64,000 bases of DNA, taken from NCBI GenBank assembly GCA_965219915.1, contig OZ244794.1, forward strand, positions 2,833,118 through 2,897,117, given 5' to 3'. The notes beneath the pieces are model-generated. The model ran no database searches, was not told the DNA's origin, and saw nothing but the letters and a program-made list of their open reading frames with translations. The stretch comes from Rhodothermales bacterium (GTDB lineage: Bacteria > Bacteroidota > Rhodothermia > Rhodothermales > Bin80). Below, in pieces: positions 58,265 through 64,000 of this stretch; the first letter of the stretch is position 1, and each line of letters begins with the position of its first letter. The position numbers and the translations under genes are program-made.

Positions 58265-58651
58265 CACTGCAGCAGCCAATCCTCAGAAAAGATTGAGATT
58301 TTTCCGCAGGGCCCAACTGCCTCCAAAACGTTGAACCAAGTAAGGCACAGCTGCAGGATCCGTATACCCTAGACAGCTACTCCTTTTCTGCAAATGACCG
58401 GTAATGTTCCGTCGATATAGCAAACATCTTCGACCGAGATGATCCCAGCTAAATCTCAGATTTACTATAAAAAAAGTTCGGTCCACCGCAATTAGCGTGG
58501 AATGATTAAACCTAGGTTTCGCCAAAATATAGAGCAATCAACGGAATCTTTACCTAGCATGCATCCCTCGAATCCAATCTTCAACTGTTATACATCATCC
58601 CGAGTCTGTCTGCCATCATTCTATGGTCATGTTGGTCGCGGTATAACGCTA

Positions 58652-61600
58652 TCACTTCACCAATGTCATTTGTTTGCTTGCAGAATAGGCGTTGCCAGCT
58701 TTAAGTTGATAGAAATAAATGCCGCTGGCAAGTCCTTGCGCCTCAAACGGAACCACATGTCTGCCTTGCGGCATGGTTTTTCGGTCCAGCAGCACCATGA
58801 CCTTCCGCCCCAAGGCATCAAAGACGGTGAGGGTAACCGGTTCCTCGGAAGCCAGTGAAAATTCAATCGTTGTGGACGGGTTGAATGGATTGGGATAATT
58901 TTGGCTGAGCGAGAATGTTGCCGGAATTTCTGCTAACTCGCCGGCAATGCCCCTCCATGCGAGGCGTCCAACCATGGCGACAACAGGCCACTGTACCGGT
59001 GAATGCCACCAGCGTGCATCCGCATTGTGCTTGACAGACCATTGAATCTGGTTGTCTCTTGTTCCGGTTTTGTCTGCATCGTTCAGAGCCAGGTTCATTG
59101 GAACCAGTCTGAGGTCCGTGCCTGAGATCGGTGGAAGCACGATGTCCTGCGTCGCTGCATTCTGGATCGCATCCAATGGGATCAACGCAAGCATTTTCCA
59201 TCCAGACTCCCTACCTGAGACATCCTGAATGACTTCATAGGCTGCGCCACCTCGGGAGACGGGGACATACGTTCCCGTTCCGGCATTCAAATAGATGGCT
59301 GCCCCCACATCGTGCCCCGCCGCAATACGGAAATGGTAGTCTGCATAAGGCCCCCGCTTCAAGACCTTGTGCGGCGAACCGGTAAGAAATGATCCCCCGT
59401 TCACTTCACGGACATCGTAGTTGCCCCATCCAAGCTCAATGCTGTCATATTGCCACATATCTTCCGGGAACACGTCCTTTCCAGCTATCCGAACGGTATC
59501 GTCCTTCACTTCGGCATACACGAAGAGCTCGTTGCGAGGACTCTGTCCGATCCAAAAGATTCCAGACAACTCCTCATCATTCGGGGGTAGCGTCCCGCTC
59601 TCTCCCGGACTGCTGTGCAACTCATCTATCCGGAAAGGCGCAAGCCACTCCGGGAATCCCTCCTTCGAAGCAGTGCCCTTTTGCAGGCTAGCTCTAAGCA
59701 AATCTGCTTCCACTTCCGTCAGTTCAACGATCACAGGGCTAACGGGCAGGTTCGGATTGATGATAGATACGGAACTGGCTGAAATAGCTGGATTTTCCAC
59801 ACCATAGGTGCTTAGGGAGGTCACGGCATAATGGACCTCCAGCGGTATGAAAGAAATATGCGGCACTTCCCAGCGGTGCAGCACTTCCGTCCCTTCGACA
59901 ACCTTGGAGGGCAGGTATTGCAGCAAAAAGACCTCGTCCGCAGCAACGTCCGTAATCGGTTCCGTGCTTGTGTAGATCTTATAGCCTCCGAACGACAATG
60001 TAGAATTCCAGGAAATGACATTCCCCATCAAAGATGGACTCCCAGTCACGCCAATCATTGCCATAACTGGAGCATCCGCAATGGAAAGGTTCAGGCCCGG
60101 TTTGCCAATGTAAACATCGTCTACCCACACGCTGCCACCCCCCTCACTTTCCCAGGCGATGCCGATCGCCTGTACATTACCCCACTCAAACTCTTTCCAC
60201 AACTGTGGCGCTTCACTCGTTCCCGGTCCTTCCCCATCGGTCGCTACCCGCAGTCCTGCGGCGGTCATCGCACCTGTATAATACCAATGCGGTGCCAACC
60301 CATTCAATATCCCCCGTAATCGAGCATATTCCAACTCCCGCCATGTTCCTGGAGGGAGTGGGATCGCCAGCTGATGCCACTGACCATCGCGTAGGTCTTC
60401 CGGTATCCGCCATGTGGCCCGAAACGGCAAATCTGCACTCCCGTCTTCGGTTCGACGGTCATCCGTTTTGTCTTCCAGGACCAGGGCGGGGCTTCCCTTA
60501 TCCCGGCTCGGTGCGCTTGGATCCACCAAGAGCCGCAGATGAAGATAATCACCACGATTCTGGTTAGAGGTCAGATCAACACCGAGGGTACGGGAAAACT
60601 GGAAGGATTGATAACGGCCGAATTCGTAATGGAGTACGGTCTCCTGTGCTCCACTCTCCAGGGGATCAGGAACGAGACTTCCATCAAAGGCATCTATCCG
60701 TGTATTCGTACCGCTGGAAAAGAAAATGAAGTCGGTTCCGAGGGCCGGCCCGTACCCGGAATTGGCCTCGGGGCGCGGCAGGTCAAACGTCCAGATGCCT
60801 CTGCCATGCGTGGCAAGAATGATCTGATTGTCCACCAGTCTCATCTGCCAGATTGAAACCGCTGGCAAGCCGTTGTCGGTATATTCCCAGGTCTGACCGG
60901 CATCAATAGATTCGAAGAGTCCGATTTCTGTTCCGGCCCATAGAATATTCGGATCGTGCGGCATGACGAGCAAATCATAAACTGCTACGTCAGGAAAGCC
61001 GTTCGTGCTGCTTCTACGGCCCGAATTGGCAAATCCAGAAAGATCCTGCCAGGTTCGTCCCAAATCAGTCGTATGCAGGATCTTTGCCCGGTTGAAACGA
61101 GAAAACAGGATGTATGCTGTGCTGTCCTGATCAGGATGTGTGGCGATCCCCGAAATATTTGTTAGGGGTGCTATTCCTGGAATTGTCGTGGGGACAAACG
61201 TCTGTCCTCCATCCACAGAAACCACCACTGCGGAGGAATTGTCACTCATTCCTCGGCCTGCCCAGACAATATTCGCATTCGCCAGGGAAACGCGAACTTT
61301 ATGATACCCCCTGCCCCATTGTTCTACTGGAATCGGGACAATGTCCCAGGTCTCCCCGAAATCCTCCGACCTCCATACACCTTGACCACCGACCGCGAAA
61401 ACCCGATCCGGTACATCTTGTGAATTTGCTAGAACGCTAAAGAAAGGACCGTCATCATCCGGAGTCTGAACACGATCAAAACTCCTTCCACCATCCGTTG
61501 ATCGGGCAATCCCATTGTACTGCAAAGTAGCTAAAACCAGCCGCTCATCTTTGGAATGCCACACCGTATCAAAGCCGTCACCCCCTAGAACATGTTCCCA

Positions 61601-63652
61601 CTCATGGTTATGTTGTGGATCCATATCGGAAAGCCATGTCCCGTTGTCCTGCGTACCCCCGATATAAACGTTTTCGCCAGGCTTTTTGGCTAAACCGTAA
61701 AACTGTGTCGTGTTATATCCGGTGGCCCCGGTGAAATTTTCGCCACTATCTTCCGAGAAGAAGACGCCACCATCATTCGCACTCAAAACTTTGAACCTGT
61801 TCCGCGTTTGATTGACTGGAATGACATGAATATTGTGATGGTCCACATGTACGTCCCGATTCACCGACGCAACCCGCATCGTTTCTCGCGTTTGTGCTTC
61901 AAGGGAATCAGCCGTGAGGCGCACGAGAGACTCGGGAAGATTCGCTGGATTCCACGTTTCACCAGGTGGTAATGTGAACCTCAGCAGATACAGCATCTTG
62001 TTCACAACACCACCATCTTTCGCGATGCGTTCATCTGCGCCGGAATCGCTGTAAGGATAGCCGTGGATAAAGATATGTTCCCTGTACCCAGCACTGCTGA
62101 TGTAATCAAGATCAAATACGCCGTTATCTTTATCATCCCGGAAAGAGACCATCAGTTGGGTATTGTGGTCAGTATCCCACACTTCAAATGGAACCTCTGC
62201 ATAATCCTCATAGAAGTAGAGCAAAAAAGATCTGCCGTGTCCAATTTCCGGATCACCTGTCTGGGCCACCGAAAACCGATGTGCGCTCTGGCGCTTTCCT
62301 GGTCCGAAGCGCACTTCAATTGAAACGAAGTCTTCCGGCGTCACGTCCGGTACTTCATGCCAAGCGTCCCCAGACAATAGACGATTACCAAAATAATTGG
62401 CCTGGCTCCAATAGAGTTGCCTGAGGAAGGAGTTCGTATTGATCAGTTCGTAGTTTGATAAGTACTGCACGACAACAGGACCAGTTACCGTCGCTTCCCA
62501 GAATTGTATACCGCCCAGAAACACCTTGTTCAGGTCGTAGGGGTGTATGGCCAAGGTCTGGTCGTACCAACCCTGACCGCCGAGCCAATTGGCCGCACCA
62601 ACTCCCTGTGAATCCACGATGAAGTCCCAGGAGTCACCGTTGTTGAGCGTCCGATACAAGTGAGACTGACTGCGTCTTTCTGCTGATGCATAAACCGTTC
62701 CCGGGAAAGAGGATGACATGGCCAACTCTATTCGCTGGACATCAAAAAAAAAGTCGTCCAGCGATACGTGCCAGGTACTTCCGCCGTTGGTTGACCTCAA
62801 TATGGCGTGACTATTAACCGTTGCAAACTGAACATTGAAATCGGCGGGGCTCGCTTTGAGATCCTGAACTCGGAGTGTGATATTTTCGGGCCGGTACGTG
62901 CGGTCCCAGGTATTTCCACCGTCCGTTGATTTATAGATCCCACTGTTTGTGGCTGCCAGAATAGTATTGGCATCCTCCGGGTTCACGGCGAGCCGATTGA
63001 CCCACCGAAATGCCGGATCGGAAGCGGTCTCCTCCAGTTGTGCCCAAGTCCGACCCCGATTCCGTGACTTAAAGATGCCTGCACCCGAGACCGCATCACC
63101 ATTCCAAAAGCCTTCTCCCGTTCCCATATAGATGATGTCGGGATTCGATGCTGGCATGGCCAGAGCGGTCACCGCCAGGTTTGGCAGATGGTCGGTCAGC
63201 GATTGCCAGGAGGCGCCAGCGTCTGTGGTCTTCCATAATCCTCCGCTCACCGAACCAGCGTACCAGGTTCGGTGAGCCGGATCGTCAGGGTCAACGAGCA
63301 CGGCCCTGGTACGACCTGCTACATTACCCGGACCACGCTCCACCCAGGCCAGCTTCGTACCCGGACGTTTCCGTGCGGCCTGAGCCATCTGGAATGCTTC
63401 CATCCGATAATTCGGAGGATAGCCGGGGCCGCCTTCGACCCGGCGGATCGCCGCATGATATTCAAAAAATTGATCCGGATTTTCGTAACCAGGAACTTCG
63501 TCAGGGGGACCATCCATGGTCCATGAGCCCTCAGACTCCAACCCGGTGGGCGTGCGCGAGCTAGTCCAAAGGAAGACCAACGTAACGATGAGCGCAGCTA
63601 TCCCGGCAAACAGGCAACTTTTGCGGATAACCGTAGAAGTGGATGAGGGCAT
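58652..63652 (-). CDS. very large secreted BNR/Asp-box beta-propeller protein (sortilin/VPS10- or GH74-like) with a T9SS C-terminal sorting domain
   Basis: The 1666-aa ORF has an N-terminal anchor or signal and at least 8 Asp-box motifs (STDGGNTW, STNGGSTW, SEDSGENF, STDGGRSF, SEDFGETW, SVDGGQTF, TTDLGRTW, SIDAGQTW). The C-terminus is YPNPFNPSTTIEF...GIYFYQLK. Confidence 0.75.
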   Translation of the reverse strand: MPSSTSTVIRKSCLFAGIAALIVTLVFLWTSSRTPTGLESEGSWTMDGPPDEVPGYENPDQFFEYHAAIRRVEGGPGYPPNYRMEAFQMAQAARKRPGTKLAWVERGPGNVAGRTRAVLVDPDDPAHRTWYAGSVSGGLWKTTDAGASWQSLTDHLPNLAVTALAMPASNPDIIYMGTGEGFWNGDAVSGAGIFKSRNRGRTWAQLEETASDPAFRWVNRLAVNPEDANTILAATNSGIYKSTDGGNTWDRTYRPENITLRVQDLKASPADFNVQFATVNSHAILRSTNGGSTWHVSLDDFFFDVQRIELAMSSSFPGTVYASAERRSQSHLYRTLNNGDSWDFIVDSQGVGAANWLGGQGWYDQTLAIHPYDLNKVFLGGIQFWEATVTGPVVVQYLSNYELINTNSFLRQLYWSQANYFGNRLLSGDAWHEVPDVTPEDFVSIEVRFGPGKRQSAHRFSVAQTGDPEIGHGRSFLLYFYEDYAEVPFEVWDTDHNTQLMVSFRDDKDNGVFDLDYISSAGYREHIFIHGYPYSDSGADERIAKDGGVVNKMLYLLRFTLPPGETWNPANLPESLVRLTADSLEAQTRETMRVASVNRDVHVDHHNIHVIPVNQTRNRFKVLSANDGGVFFSEDSGENFTGATGYNTTQFYGLAKKPGENVYIGGTQDNGTWLSDMDPQHNHEWEHVLGGDGFDTVWHSKDERLVLATLQYNGIARSTDGGRSFDRVQTPDDDGPFFSVLANSQDVPDRVFAVGGQGVWRSEDFGETWDIVPIPVEQWGRGYHKVRVSLANANIVWAGRGMSDNSSAVVVSVDGGQTFVPTTIPGIAPLTNISGIATHPDQDSTAYILFSRFNRAKILHTTDLGRTWQDLSGFANSGRRSSTNGFPDVAVYDLLVMPHDPNILWAGTEIGLFESIDAGQTWEYTDNGLPAVSIWQMRLVDNQIILATHGRGIWTFDLPRPEANSGYGPALGTDFIFFSSGTNTRIDAFDGSLVPDPLESGAQETVLHYEFGRYQSFQFSRTLGVDLTSNQNRGDYLHLRLLVDPSAPSRDKGSPALVLEDKTDDRRTEDGSADLPFRATWRIPEDLRDGQWHQLAIPLPPGTWRELEYARLRGILNGLAPHWYYTGAMTAAGLRVATDGEGPGTSEAPQLWKEFEWGNVQAIGIAWESEGGGSVWVDDVYIGKPGLNLSIADAPVMAMIGVTGSPSLMGNVISWNSTLSFGGYKIYTSTEPITDVAADEVFLLQYLPSKVVEGTEVLHRWEVPHISFIPLEVHYAVTSLSTYGVENPAISASSVSIINPNLPVSPVIVELTEVEADLLRASLQKGTASKEGFPEWLAPFRIDELHSSPGESGTLPPNDEELSGIFWIGQSPRNELFVYAEVKDDTVRIAGKDVFPEDMWQYDSIELGWGNYDVREVNGGSFLTGSPHKVLKRGPYADYHFRIAAGHDVGAAIYLNAGTGTYVPVSRGGAAYEVIQDVSGRESGWKMLALIPLDAIQNAATQDIVLPPISGTDLRLVPMNLALNDADKTGTRDNQIQWSVKHNADARWWHSPVQWPVVAMVGRLAWRGIAGELAEIPATFSLSQNYPNPFNPSTTIEFSLASEEPVTLTVFDALGRKVMVLLDRKTMPQGRHVVPFEAQGLASGIYFYQLKAGNAYSASKQMTLVK

Positions 63653-63694
63653 TTTACTATTCTGAATAGTTTCACCTCAATCCGTATGGAATAA

Positions 63695-64000
63695 TTAACT
63701 TCCAGCTCCATTGAAAATAGGAATTTCATGGGAGAAGTTCTGGATTCTGTACTGCTTCACAGCTTCCAAAGTGACTCGTTCACCAGTGCGAAGCAGTATT
63801 TCAAGCTCTGGATTGAGAGCGTGAAAGATGCAGCCATTAAGGAGGTCACGGAGATTGCCGAGATATTTGAATGACACTATGGAGGGGTTTGTTGTGCACT
63901 TTGCCATGAACAATCCAACGCAAGAGCTGCGCAAATTAGTGGCAAGATCTAGGAAGTCAAAACCATCGGAAGAGGATATCGAATGTTCGAAAACTTCCGA
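63695..64000 (-). CDS. hypothetical protein, C-terminal part (ORF is open to the right edge)
   Basis: Hand translation shows the minus-strand frame stays open from 64000 down to the stop at 63695 (SEVFEHSISSSDGFDFLDLATNLRSSCVGLFMAKCTT...). I recognise no motif. Confidence 0.3.
   Translation of the reverse strand, partial: SEVFEHSISSSDGFDFLDLATNLRSSCVGLFMAKCTTNPSIVSFKYLGNLRDLLNGCIFHALNPELEILLRTGERVTLEAVKQYRIQNFSHEIPIFNGAGS

Overview
This is a 64-kb chromosomal segment with about 50% GC. It probably comes from an FCB-group bacterium (Bacteroidota, Rhodothermota or Balneolota-like), because two large secreted proteins end in T9SS-type C-terminal sorting domains. Most of the window is ordinary backbone:
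- a cusCBA-like heavy-metal RND efflux operon
- photolyase
- tsaE-tsaB-tsaD
- xylB, a DASS transporter and kdgK
- tRNA-Arg(ACG)
- fbaB
- three tandem amidohydrolases
- mazG, ssb, an SNF transporter and a CNNM/CorC protein
- purF, moeB-rhodanese and a sulfatase

Four accessory patches interrupt this backbone.
1. 7.1-11.4 kb is a rearrangement scar. It holds a ClpB fragment, a frameshifted IS21-type istA remnant, and a two-gene minimal-nucleotidyltransferase + HTH-ImmA/IrrE module preceded by a 32-bp perfect palindrome.
2. 24.8-31.9 kb is a low-GC island. It holds a high-GC IS5-family element and a translationally coupled pair: a 1251-aa protein with a restriction-endonuclease-fold (DUF559/Vsr-like) domain fused to a RecQ-type helicase, plus a tandem-repeat coiled-coil protein. 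This pair is my best candidate for an undescribed defence or conflict system.
3. 31.9-37.4 kb holds a circularly permuted ATP-grasp / alpha-E / transglutaminase triad, divergently paired with a two-lobed AAA+ ATPase.
4. 37.9-41.2 kb is a high-GC patch encoding a GPP34(GOLPH3-like)-cytochrome P450 fusion and an acyltransferase-3 membrane protein.

I saw no CRISPR array and no rRNA. All functional calls come from reading motifs in the supplied translations. No database search was run.
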